Both the position numbers and the translations under genes were made by a program. Below are positions 51,952 through 64,000 of a DNA stretch of 64,000 nucleotides, piece after piece. Every line of letters begins with the position of its first letter. Within the stretch, counting starts at the first letter, position 1. A model generated the notes under the pieces. It was not told the DNA's origin. It ran no database searches and saw nothing but the letters and a program-made list of their open reading frames with translations. This DNA comes from an uncultured Deinococcaceae bacterium (GTDB taxonomy: Bacteria > Deinococcota > Deinococci > Deinococcales > Deinococcaceae), in the NCBI GenBank assembly GCA_964252075.1, contig CAXULY010000009.1, positions 32,001-96,000 on the forward strand, given 5' to 3'.

Positions 51952-52973
51952 AGGTCGGCGTGATCGGCGCGGGCGGCGTCGCGCGCTTCCACTTCGAGGG
52001 GTACCGCGCGGCAGGCGCGGAGGTCGTCGCGGTCGCGGACGTGCACGAGGCGACCCTCGCCGCCGCGCAGGCGCAGTGGAACGTGCCGCGCGGCTACGCG
52101 GACTACCAGGCGCTCATCAACGACCCGGAGGTCGAGGCGGTCAGCATCTGCCTCCCGAACGCCTTCCACCACCCCGCGACCGTCGCCGCCGCGCGCGCGG
52201 GCAAGCACGTGCTGTGCGAGAAGCCCATCTCCCTCAGCCTGGACCTCGCGCAGGACATGATTGACGAGTGCCGCAAGGCGGGCGTGGTGCTGCAGATCGG
52301 GCATCACCTGCGCTCAAACGCCTTCGCGGAGCAGGCGAAGCGCATGGTGGACGCGGGCGAACTCGGGCGCCTCACCTTCATCCGGCTGCGCCAGGCGCAC
52401 GACTGGGGCGGGCAGCCGCCCCGCGCGAGCTTCGGGACCGTCGCGAGCGCCGGGGGCGGCACGCTACTCGACAACGGCAGCCACATGATGGACCTCGCGC
52501 GGTACTTCGGCGGGAACGTCCGCGAGGTGTACGCCCGCATGGGCACCCTCGCGTACGACGTGGAGGTCGAAGACACCAGCCTCGTGAACCTCAGCTTCGC
52601 GTCCGGCGCGCTCGGCAGCGTGGAGAACGCCTGGACCGCGACGGGCTGGGAGGAAGGCTTCTGGATTTACGGCACGCGCGGCGCGCTGGAGTACACGAAC
52701 CGCACGGGCACGCCCGAGATGCGCTTCGTGCACCGCACGTCGCCCGGCACCACCTGGGGCGAGACGGACGTCACCACCTACCACTTCGGGGGCCTGGAGG
52801 CGCATGCGCGCGGCGTGGTGGAGTTCCTCGCCGCCGTGCGCGGCGAGCAGCGTGTGATCTGCACGGGCGAGGACGGCCTGGAGGCCGTGCGCCTGATCGT
52901 CGCGAGTTACCAGAGCGCCCGCGAGGGCCGCCCCGTGCAGATGGACGGGGTAACGGCCGAGCGGGTGGGGTGA
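51948..52973 (+). CDS. Gfo/Idh/MocA family oxidoreductase
   Basis: [28 protein letters not shown] overlapping thuA stop. Confidence 0.9.
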   Translation: MKVGVIGAGGVARFHFEGYRAAGAEVVAVADVHEATLAAAQAQWNVPRGYADYQALINDPEVEAVSICLPNAFHHPATVAAARAGKHVLCEKPISLSLDLAQDMIDECRKAGVVLQIGHHLRSNAFAEQAKRMVDAGELGRLTFIRLRQAHDWGGQPPRASFGTVASAGGGTLLDNGSHMMDLARYFGGNVREVYARMGTLAYDVEVEDTSLVNLSFASGALGSVENAWTATGWEEGFWIYGTRGALEYTNRTGTPEMRFVHRTSPGTTWGETDVTTYHFGGLEAHARGVVEFLAAVRGEQRVICTGEDGLEAVRLIVASYQSAREGRPVQMDGVTAERVG

Positions 52974-53030
52974 CCCACCGGACCTTCACCTGACGTGTGG
53001 GCGAGCCAGGGGCACTAGGATGAGTGCCGT

Positions 53031-53711
53031 ATGAAAACACGATCGCTCATCCTGGTCTCGCTCGGCGCGCTGCTCGCCGCGTGCGGCTCGACCAGCCCAG
53101 GCACCCACACCCCGACACCCCCCGCCTCCCCGTTCAACCCGAACGCCAGCACCGTGCAGAGCAGCGACCCGCGCGTCCCGTACTCCGGCGACTGGGTGTG
53201 GGCCGTGGTGTTCCCCGACGACTCCTCCTACACGGGCGTCATCAGCATCACGCAGAAGGGCAACAGCACGGCGAACTTCGTGAACCCCGGCATCGGGGCG
53301 GCGGCCGTCTGCAACGACGCCACCTGCCCCGTGGTGGATGACCTCGCGGTGGTCGGCTCCCTCGTCTCTACCGTGGACGGCACGGCGAGCCTGACGGTCG
53401 CGCAGGCGACGCAGGCCGGTTCGGTCCGCTGGTTCGGGCTGGACGACGACGGCGTGGTCGGCACCGAGTTCGAGGGCAAGCCCACGCTCACGGGCGGCGC
53501 CCTCTGGGACCCGAGCAGCGACCACGCCGTTGAGGCCGCGTTCGCGATGGCGCAGGTGAGCACCAACTCCAGCGCGGGCGCCAGCCGCCTGCCCAGCGGG
53601 GCCAGGCTCGCGGCGCTGGCGCGCCTGAAGGCCCCCATCAGCGCGCAGCGCCTGAACCACATGCGGGCCCGGGCGCTGGCGGTGGTGGGCGCGCTGGCGC
53701 AGCAGCACTGA
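53031..53711 (+). CDS. Hypothetical lipoprotein
   Basis: Lipobox LAAC, Pro/Thr/Ser tether, beta-rich body with C-x4-C. Confidence 0.75.
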   Translation: MKTRSLILVSLGALLAACGSTSPGTHTPTPPASPFNPNASTVQSSDPRVPYSGDWVWAVVFPDDSSYTGVISITQKGNSTANFVNPGIGAAAVCNDATCPVVDDLAVVGSLVSTVDGTASLTVAQATQAGSVRWFGLDDDGVVGTEFEGKPTLTGGALWDPSSDHAVEAAFAMAQVSTNSSAGASRLPSGARLAALARLKAPISAQRLNHMRARALAVVGALAQQH

Positions 53712-53756
53712 CCTGAAGGCCCAGAAGCGGGTGGCTCCGTTGCCGGGCCGCCCGCT

Positions 53757-54764
53757 TCAGTACCCCATGACCTTGCGGATCGCTTTCGCGACGCGGGTGG
53801 CGTTGGGGCGGTAGTGGTCCTCGATGCTGGTGAAGGGCGGATACGGCGCGTCGAAGCCCGTGACGCGCACGATGGGCGCGAGCAGCGACTCGATGGCTTC
53901 CTCCGCGACGGTCGCGGCGATCTCGTTGTGGAAGCCCCCGGTGCGCGGCGCTTCCGTCACGACGACGAGCCGCCCGGTGCGGCGCACGCTCTCCAGCAGC
54001 GCGTCGGTGTCGAGCGGCACGAGGGTGCGGAGGTCCAGCACGTCCACGCCGATGCCGTGCGCGCGGGCGGCGTCCGCGGCGCGCGTGCAGACCTCCACCA
54101 TGCCGCCGTAGCACACGACGGTCACGTCGTCGCCCTCGCGGGCGCGGCGGGCCTGCCCGAGCGGGATGGTGTAGTGGCCCTCCGGCACGTCCTCCTTCAC
54201 GCTGCGGTACAGCTTGATGGCCTCCAAGAAGAACACCGGGTCGGGGTCCTCGATGGCGGCGAGCAGCAGGCCCTTGGCGTCCGCGGGGGTGCTGGGCATC
54301 ACGACCTTCACGCCGGGCACGTGCGCGAGGATCGCCTCGGGGCTGTCGGCGTGCTGCTCGGGCGTGTGGACGCCGCCGCCGTAGGGCGCGCGGATCACCA
54401 TGGGGAGCCCGAAGCGCCCGCGCGTGCGGTGGCGGTAGCGCCCGAGGTGCGAGAGGATCTGGTCGAGCGCCGGGTACATGAAGCCCGCGAACTGAATTTC
54501 CGCGATGGGGCGCAGGCCCGCGAGGCCCATCCCGATGCCCATGCCCACGATGCCCGCCTCCGCGAGCGGGGTGTCGAACACCCGCTCCACCCCGAAACGA
54601 GTCTGAAGCCCGTCCGTGGCGCGGAACACGCCGCCCATGACGCCCACGTCCTCCCCGAAGAGGCACACGGTGGGGTCGCGCTCCAGCGCGAGGGCGAGCG
54701 CGTCGTTGATGGCCGCCACCATGGTCATGGTGCGGGTGGCGGGGCGCGTCTCAAGGGTGGTCAC
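53757..54764 (-). CDS. 2-oxoacid dehydrogenase E1 beta subunit (pyruvate or branched-chain)
   Basis: [33 protein letters not shown]. Confidence 0.92.
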   Translation of the reverse strand: MTTLETRPATRTMTMVAAINDALALALERDPTVCLFGEDVGVMGGVFRATDGLQTRFGVERVFDTPLAEAGIVGMGIGMGLAGLRPIAEIQFAGFMYPALDQILSHLGRYRHRTRGRFGLPMVIRAPYGGGVHTPEQHADSPEAILAHVPGVKVVMPSTPADAKGLLLAAIEDPDPVFFLEAIKLYRSVKEDVPEGHYTIPLGQARRAREGDDVTVVCYGGMVEVCTRAADAARAHGIGVDVLDLRTLVPLDTDALLESVRRTGRLVVVTEAPRTGGFHNEIAATVAEEAIESLLAPIVRVTGFDAPYPPFTSIEDHYRPNATRVAKAIRKVMGY

Positions 54765-55822
54765 GCGCTCACCTCGCGCAGCAGGGCGTCGCGCTGGGCG
54801 CGCAGGGCGGGCGTGTGCTCCGCGAAGACGTGATCGAGCATCTCGGCGGGCTCGGGTTCCGGCATGCGGTCGGCGTCCTGCACGGCCGCCTCGAACTCCG
54901 CCACGAGGTCCCGCTGGAGGGCCTCCTCGCGCGCGTCGTCCCACTGCCCGGCGGCGCGCAGGTGCGCGGCGAGGCGCGCGATGGGGTCGCGGGTGAGCCA
55001 CTCGCGGGCGGCGTCCTCGGTGCGGTAGCGGCTGGGGTCGTCACTGACGGTGTGCGGCTTCACGCGGTACGTGACGGTCTCGATGAGGGTGGGGCCGCCG
55101 CCATCCCGGGCGCGCGCGACGGCCTCGCGCGCGACGTGGTGCACGGCGACCACGTCGTTGCCGTCCACCCGTACGCCGGGGATGCCGTAGCCGTCGGCGC
55201 GGCGGGAGAGGTCCGTGGCGCGCGTCTGGCTGCTGGTGGGCACGCTGATGGCCCAGCCGTTGTTCTGCAGCACGAACACGCACGGCGCCTGCAGCGCGCC
55301 CGCGAAGTTCAGCGCCTCGTGGAACTGCCCCTCGCTGCTGCCGCCGTCCCCTATGAGCGCGAGCGCGACGTTGCGCGTGCCCCGCATCCGTTCGGCGAGC
55401 GCGCAGCCCACCGCGTGCGGGTACTGGCTGGCGATGGGAATGTAGAAGGGCAGCACCTTCAGGTTTTGCGGCATCGCCCAGCCGTGCGGAGAGGTGCGCC
55501 AGTACAGGATGGCTTGACTGATGGGGAGGCCGTAGGCGAGGGCGGCGCCAGTGTCGCGGTAGGTGGGGAGCAGCCAGTCGTCGGGCGTGAGGGCGAGCGC
55601 GACGCCCGCCTGGCTGGCCTCCATGCCGCCGTAGGGAGGGTACACGCCCATGCGGCCCTGACGGTGCAGCACCACGGCGCGCTCGTCGAAGTGGCGCAGG
55701 CGGCGCAGCGCGCGGTACAGGGTGCTGAGGGTTTCGGGGTCGGGCAGCAGGTCGGGGCGCACGGCGTCGCCCTGCGCGCCGATGATCTGGAAGGGCTGCT
55801 GGCTTTCGGGCTCCTGGGTCAT
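54761..55822 (-). CDS. 2-oxoacid dehydrogenase E1 alpha subunit (pyruvate or branched-chain)
   Basis: [13 protein letters not shown]...NN TPP motif, [12 protein letters not shown]. Confidence 0.92.
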   Translation of the reverse strand: MTQEPESQQPFQIIGAQGDAVRPDLLPDPETLSTLYRALRRLRHFDERAVVLHRQGRMGVYPPYGGMEASQAGVALALTPDDWLLPTYRDTGAALAYGLPISQAILYWRTSPHGWAMPQNLKVLPFYIPIASQYPHAVGCALAERMRGTRNVALALIGDGGSSEGQFHEALNFAGALQAPCVFVLQNNGWAISVPTSSQTRATDLSRRADGYGIPGVRVDGNDVVAVHHVAREAVARARDGGGPTLIETVTYRVKPHTVSDDPSRYRTEDAAREWLTRDPIARLAAHLRAAGQWDDAREEALQRDLVAEFEAAVQDADRMPEPEPAEMLDHVFAEHTPALRAQRDALLREVSA

Positions 55823-55936
55823 GCTGAACCTCGCGTTCGTGTGGGGCGTGCCGGGGTTGAACTTGGCGCCAGCTTAGCACCGAACGTTTGTTTGGCTCTG
55901 GAGCCGGGCACGCCGGGCGCGCTTACACTGATCCCC

Positions 55937-56431
55937 ATGCGACCCGCCCTGCTCCTGGCCCTCACGCTGCTCAGCTGCGCCGCCGCTCAATCCGCCAGCA
56001 CGCAGGCCTCCAACCTCCGGGACCTGAGCCTCGCGGACCTGTGCCCACCCACCGCCTACGTCACCATCGACGACGAGGACGACGGCGAACTGGCCGCCGA
56101 CATCGAGGGGCAGCTCGACAAGTACGCCACCCTGTACGGCCTGCGGTACGGCGACGCGAAAGGCTGCACCGCGGCCTCCTACCTGAGTGTGGACGCCTTC
56201 AAGCTCAAGGGCGGCACGTACAGTTACCTGATCGAGTTCGGCGTGGAGCTGCGCGGCGACGTGCGCCTGACCCTCGGGTCGCGCAACGTGACGGTCGCGG
56301 CGCCGCGCGTGTGGACCAACAGCTACTACGGCAGCTACGCCACCCTGGAAAACCTCCGGGACGGCGTCACGGACCGGGTGCGCGATTACTACGACGAGTT
56401 CGCGCTGGACTGGCGCGCCGCGCACCCCTGA
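55937..56431 (+). CDS. Hypothetical exported protein
   Basis: Signal peptide MRPALLLALTLLSCAAA; leaderless TACACT-N7-ATG; Tyr/Asp-rich, GC3-rich codons. Confidence 0.72.
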   Translation: MRPALLLALTLLSCAAAQSASTQASNLRDLSLADLCPPTAYVTIDDEDDGELAADIEGQLDKYATLYGLRYGDAKGCTAASYLSVDAFKLKGGTYSYLIEFGVELRGDVRLTLGSRNVTVAAPRVWTNSYYGSYATLENLRDGVTDRVRDYYDEFALDWRAAHP

Positions 56432-56842
56432 GCCGTCGCCGGTGGCTGACAGTGCGTCAGCCGTTCCTAAATGAGCCCCTCGTCCTGTAGAGACTGGTGC
56501 TGAGCCCCCGAGCGCGTTCGGCGAGACCATCCTGTTCGCGAAGTCCCTGCGGGGCCGCACGCGCACCGTCGCGCTCACTATCCACAGCGCGCTGGAGGGC
56601 GGACCTGCACCCCGCCACTGGCGCTACCAGCCGTGGCTGCGTTGCCCACTGACCTGACGCGCACGCGCGGCCCGTCCTGGTGCCTGCCACCCGGCGTGCC
56701 TCCGCACGACGGGCACGCCACGGAACGTGGCGCTCGCCGCGCATACAAATGTCCTGAGCGCCGTTCACCCCTCGTCCGTGCTGGGCTTTTGCGAGTCCCT
56801 CCCGGCGGGCGGGGCCAGCGCCTCCGCCCGCCCTGAGCGCCC

Positions 56843-58918
<2,076 letters not shown>

Positions 58919-59091
58919 GTCCTTTGCAGTCTCGCCCGATGCCGTGAGGAGCGGGTCAGGTGGACTTGATGTGGACCATCATAAAGGGACCGCGCGCACC
59001 AGAGTCTGGCCTGAATCAGCTTTCGCGCGCGGGGTGGTCATGAAGGCGGGGTGGGCGGGGTCCCCCCACCCACCCCGGCGCGCCCTCAGGT

Positions 59092-60327
59092 TCAGTCCGC
59101 GAAGCGGCGCAGCACCAGCACGGCGTTCTGACCGCCGAAGGCGAAGGAGTTGCTGAGCGCCACGTCCACCTGCTGCTCGCGCGGCGTGAACGGCACGAAA
59201 TCCAGGTCGAGTTCCGGGTCGGGGTCGTCGAGGTTGATGGTGGGCGGAATGATGCCGTCATGGATGGCCTGCGCGGTCGCGATGGCCTCCACGGCGCCCG
59301 CCGCGCCCAGCAGGTGCCCCGTCATGCTCTTGGTGGCGCTGATCGCGAGTTTCTTCGCGTGCTCCCCGAACACCGCCTTGATGGCCTGCACCTCGCCCAG
59401 GTCGCCCGCCGGGGTGCTGGTGGCGTGCGCGTTCACGTACTGCACGGCCTCCGGCTCCAGGTGCGCGTGGCGCAGCGCCATGCGGATCGCCTGCTGGATG
59501 CCGCGGCCCTCCGGCGCGGGCGCCGTGATGTGGAAGGCGTCCGCAGAGCAGCCGTACCCGGTCAGTTCGGCGTAGATGCGCGCGCCGCGCTTCTTCGCGG
59601 CCTCCAGTTCCTCCAGCACCAGCACGCCCGCGCCCTCGCCCAGCACGAAACCGTCGCGGCTCGCGGTGAAGGGGCGGCTGGCGCGCGTGGGCTCGTCGTT
59701 CCGGAAGCTCAGCGCCTTCATGTTCGAGAAGCCGCCCATCGCCATGGGCGTCACGGTCGCCTCGCTGCCGCCCGCCAGCATCATGTCGGCGTCGCCGTCC
59801 TGGATGTAGCGCATGGCCTCACCGATGGCGGTGCTGCCCGTCGCGCAGGCCGTCACGACGGTGCTGCTTGGCCCCGCCGCGCCGTAGCGGATGGCGACCT
59901 GACCGGACGCCATGTTCGCGATCAGCATGGGGATGAACATGGGCGAGATGCGGCCCGCGCCGCGCTCGAAGAACACCTTGCCCTGCGCCTCGAAGGTCTC
60001 CATGCCGCCGATGCCGCTGCCGATCAGCACGCCCACGCGCTCGCTGCGCACCTCGTCCTCCGCGAGGCCCGCGTCCTGAATGGCGAGCGCCGCCGCCGCC
60101 AGCGCGTAATGCACGAAGCGGTCCATGCGCTTCATCTCGCGCACGTCCAGGAACTGGACGTAGTCGTCCTTGATCTCGCCCGCGATGCGGCACGCGATGG
60201 ATGAAGCGTCGAAGCGCGTGATGGGCCCGATCCCGCTGCGCCCCGCCCGCTGCGCCTCGGCGAAGGCCTGCGCCCCCATGCCGATCGGCGTGAGCGGACC
60301 CACGCCAGTGATGACAACGCGTCTCAT
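59092..60327 (-). CDS. fabF: 3-oxoacyl-ACP synthase II
   Basis: RRVVITG, TACAT, GEGAG, NAHATST, GHLLGAAG, NSFAFGG. Confidence 0.95.
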   Translation of the reverse strand: MRRVVITGVGPLTPIGMGAQAFAEAQRAGRSGIGPITRFDASSIACRIAGEIKDDYVQFLDVREMKRMDRFVHYALAAAALAIQDAGLAEDEVRSERVGVLIGSGIGGMETFEAQGKVFFERGAGRISPMFIPMLIANMASGQVAIRYGAAGPSSTVVTACATGSTAIGEAMRYIQDGDADMMLAGGSEATVTPMAMGGFSNMKALSFRNDEPTRASRPFTASRDGFVLGEGAGVLVLEELEAAKKRGARIYAELTGYGCSADAFHITAPAPEGRGIQQAIRMALRHAHLEPEAVQYVNAHATSTPAGDLGEVQAIKAVFGEHAKKLAISATKSMTGHLLGAAGAVEAIATAQAIHDGIIPPTINLDDPDPELDLDFVPFTPREQQVDVALSNSFAFGGQNAVLVLRRFAD

Positions 60328-60424
60328 GGAGCACAGCATAGCGTCTGCGGCAAGAGCGGCGAAAAACGGGGGTTCGGGCCCCCGCCTCACAGCGAAACGC
60401 CGCGTGAAGCACTACCCTGCCCGC

Positions 60425-61006
60425 ATGACCGACGCGCCCGACACCGCCCCGCCCGTGAACCCCTTGGTGTACCGCGCGGTGCTCGCCGCGACCTTCGTGC
60501 CCGTGCTGCTGAGCGGCATGCACCTGCACACCCTGGGGCGCGAGTTCGTGCCGCCCGAGGGACGCCTCATCGTGGCGGGCAACCACGTGACGGGCCTCGA
60601 CCCCTTCCTGATCGCGCGCGGCATTCCGGGCCGCAAACTGCAGTTCATGTCGAAGAAGGAACTGTTCGTGCCGGTGCTGGGCGCCATCATCCGCGCGGGC
60701 GGCAGCTTCCCCGTGGACCGCAGCCGCAACGACCTCGGCGCCGTGCGGACCGCGCTGCGCATCCTGGAGGCGGAGGGCACGGTCGGCATCTTCCCGGAGG
60801 GCACGCGCGGCGGCGGTCAGGCCCTGCAGGGCGGCGTGGCGCTCCTGGCCCTCAAGGGCCGCTCGCCCGTGCTGCCCGTGGGCCTGCAGCGCGAGGGTAA
60901 GCGCTGGCTGGTGCGCATCGGGCCGGTCATCGAGCCCACCGGACGCATCAAGGAACTCACCGCCCGGATTGGAGCGGAGATGGAAAGGCTGAGCGGGCCG
61001 ATCTGA
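60425..61006 (+). CDS. plsC: 1-acyl-sn-glycerol-3-phosphate acyltransferase (PlsC family)
   Basis: NHVTGLD, FPEGTR; leaderless TACCCT-N6-ATG. Confidence 0.88.
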   Translation: MTDAPDTAPPVNPLVYRAVLAATFVPVLLSGMHLHTLGREFVPPEGRLIVAGNHVTGLDPFLIARGIPGRKLQFMSKKELFVPVLGAIIRAGGSFPVDRSRNDLGAVRTALRILEAEGTVGIFPEGTRGGGQALQGGVALLALKGRSPVLPVGLQREGKRWLVRIGPVIEPTGRIKELTARIGAEMERLSGPI

Positions 61007-61043
61007 AGTGGGGGCGACCACAGGTGGCCACCCCCTTCCCCAC

Positions 61044-62453
<1,410 letters not shown>

Positions 62454-62489
62454 GGCGTCCCCAATGTTAACGCTGCCGGCGCGCGCCGC

Positions 62490-63983
62490 TCAGTCGCCGG
62501 GGGTGTGGGTGCGGCGCGCTTCCCGCGCGTGCGCGGCGCGCCCGCGCAACTCCGCAAGCGCCTCGGGGCTGCCCAGCACCTGCAGGGCGTCCCCGGCGAG
62601 CAGGACCGTGTCGCCGCGCGGCACGACGTACCGCCCCGCGCGGCGCAGCAGCACGATCAGCGCGCCGGGCGGCAGGTGCAGCTCCACGATGGAGCGCCCC
62701 ACCACGGGCGCGTCCGGCGCGACCACCACCTCCACCAGCTGCTCCTGCACGGCGGCGGGCTCCGCGAACTCCAGCGGCATGGCGCTGCCCGTGGATGCGG
62801 GGAGGTTCACCTTCAGCAGCCGCGCCACCAGCGGCAGGGTGGTGCCCTGCACAAGGATCGAGACGAGCACCACGAAGAACGTGACGTTGAAGAGCGTCTG
62901 CGCGCCCTCCACACCCGCGATGAGCGGGAAGGTCGCCAGGATGATGGGCACCGCGCCGCGCAGGCCCGTCCAGGAGACCATCAGTTTGTGCGCGAGGGGC
63001 GAGCGGTTGGCGAGCAGGCTCACGAAGACCGCGAGGGGGCGCCCCACGAGGACCAGCACCGCCGCCACCAGCAGGGCGGGGAGCGCCACCTGCAGCAGCT
63101 GGTTCGGGAACACCAGCAGGCCCAGCAGCAGGAACATCGCGACTTCCAGCAGGTACGCGAGGCCGTCGTGGAAGGCGTGCAGGGAGCGGCGGTGCAGGAA
63201 GTCGCGGTCGCGCAGCACGACGCCCGCCACGTACACCGCGAGGAAGCCGCTGCCGTGCACGAGGGCCGTCACGCCGTACGTGATGGCGACGAGCGCGACG
63301 GACAGCACAGGGTACAGGCCGCCCAGCGCAAGGTTCACGCGGTTGAGCATCAGGCCGCTGAGGCGCCCGGCGACGTAGCCGATCACACCGCCCAGCAGCA
63401 TCTCCTGCCCGAACAGGGTGAGCAGCGACCACGGGGACTGCGCGGGGTGCGTGGCGAGTTCCGTGAGGCCGATCACCAGCACGACCGCCGTGGGGTCGTT
63501 GATGCCGGACTCGAACTCCAGCAGGGGCCGGATCTGGCCGCGCAGCCCCAGCGCGCGTTCCTTCAGGACGGAGAACACCGCGCTGGCGTCGGTGGGCGCC
63601 ACGATGGCGCCGAGCAGCAGCGCCAGCAGCCACGGCACGCCCAGCAGGTAATGCGCCGCGAGGGCCACCACGCCCGCCGTGACGAGCACGCCCAGGGACG
63701 CCAGGGAGATGCCAGCCCACAGCACGGGCCGCGTGGTCCTCCAGTCGGTTTCCAGCCCGCCGTTGAAGAGGATGTACGCGAGCGCCACGGTGCCCACGAA
63801 CTGCGTGAGGTGGTAGTCCTCGAAGGCGATGCCGCCGAAGCCGTCGCTGCCCGCCAGCATGCCGATCACCAGGAACAGCAGCAGGCCCGGCAGGCCGAGC
63901 CGCCCGCCCAGCTTCCCAGCCAGCAGGCTGAGCAGCAGCAGCACGCCCGCGATGAGGATAACGAGGGTCGGGTCAGTGACCAA
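62490..63983 (-). CDS. K+/H+ antiporter NhaP2/CvrA family with TrkA-C domain
   Basis: [28 protein letters not shown]-terminal [11 protein letters not shown]; start at window edge uncertain. Confidence 0.9.
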   Translation of the reverse strand: MVTDPTLVILIAGVLLLLSLLAGKLGGRLGLPGLLLFLVIGMLAGSDGFGGIAFEDYHLTQFVGTVALAYILFNGGLETDWRTTRPVLWAGISLASLGVLVTAGVVALAAHYLLGVPWLLALLLGAIVAPTDASAVFSVLKERALGLRGQIRPLLEFESGINDPTAVVLVIGLTELATHPAQSPWSLLTLFGQEMLLGGVIGYVAGRLSGLMLNRVNLALGGLYPVLSVALVAITYGVTALVHGSGFLAVYVAGVVLRDRDFLHRRSLHAFHDGLAYLLEVAMFLLLGLLVFPNQLLQVALPALLVAAVLVLVGRPLAVFVSLLANRSPLAHKLMVSWTGLRGAVPIILATFPLIAGVEGAQTLFNVTFFVVLVSILVQGTTLPLVARLLKVNLPASTGSAMPLEFAEPAAVQEQLVEVVVAPDAPVVGRSIVELHLPPGALIVLLRRAGRYVVPRGDTVLLAGDALQVLGSPEALAELRGRAAHAREARRTHTPGD

Positions 63984-64000
63984 ACAGGGGTCCTGACGGG

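Overview
High-GC chromosomal window from a Deinococcus-like bacterium. The assignment rests on a GlnRS with a C-terminal Yqey extension, pervasive leaderless genes (TANNNT about 6-7 nt before the start codon) and an RDRM-like DdrO box; the species cannot be determined from the sequence alone. It is mostly core and housekeeping content: acyl-CoA ligase, class A PBP, a System I cytochrome c maturation cluster (ccdA, ccmA-H, a CcmI/TPR-cytochrome c fusion and a Rieske protein), GlcNAc/MurNAc recycling genes (nagA, sugar kinase, GntR, murQ), glnS, a MoxR-DUF58-transglutaminase triad, two Skp/OmpH paralogues, mdh, lipA/lipB, murI-rph, MarR-MFS, TetR-YhgE/Pip, thuA-Gfo, 2-oxoacid dehydrogenase E1 alpha/beta, ppk1, fabF, plsC, fumC and a K+/H+ antiporter. 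I found no rRNA, tRNA, CRISPR array, transposase or prophage. The best second-look items are: (i) an RDRM-like 17-mer in an AT-rich structured intergenic island that may drive a small RNA or a GNAT pair; (ii) a YhgE/Pip protein whose ~680-residue heptad region is symmetric about a central turn; (iii) a probable ATT start for ccmH; (iv) an unannotated decayed tandem DinB copy; (v) a His-motif protein of unknown function; (vi) an MFS pump with a three-repeat extracytoplasmic insert. All functional calls come from motif recognition by eye; no searches were run.
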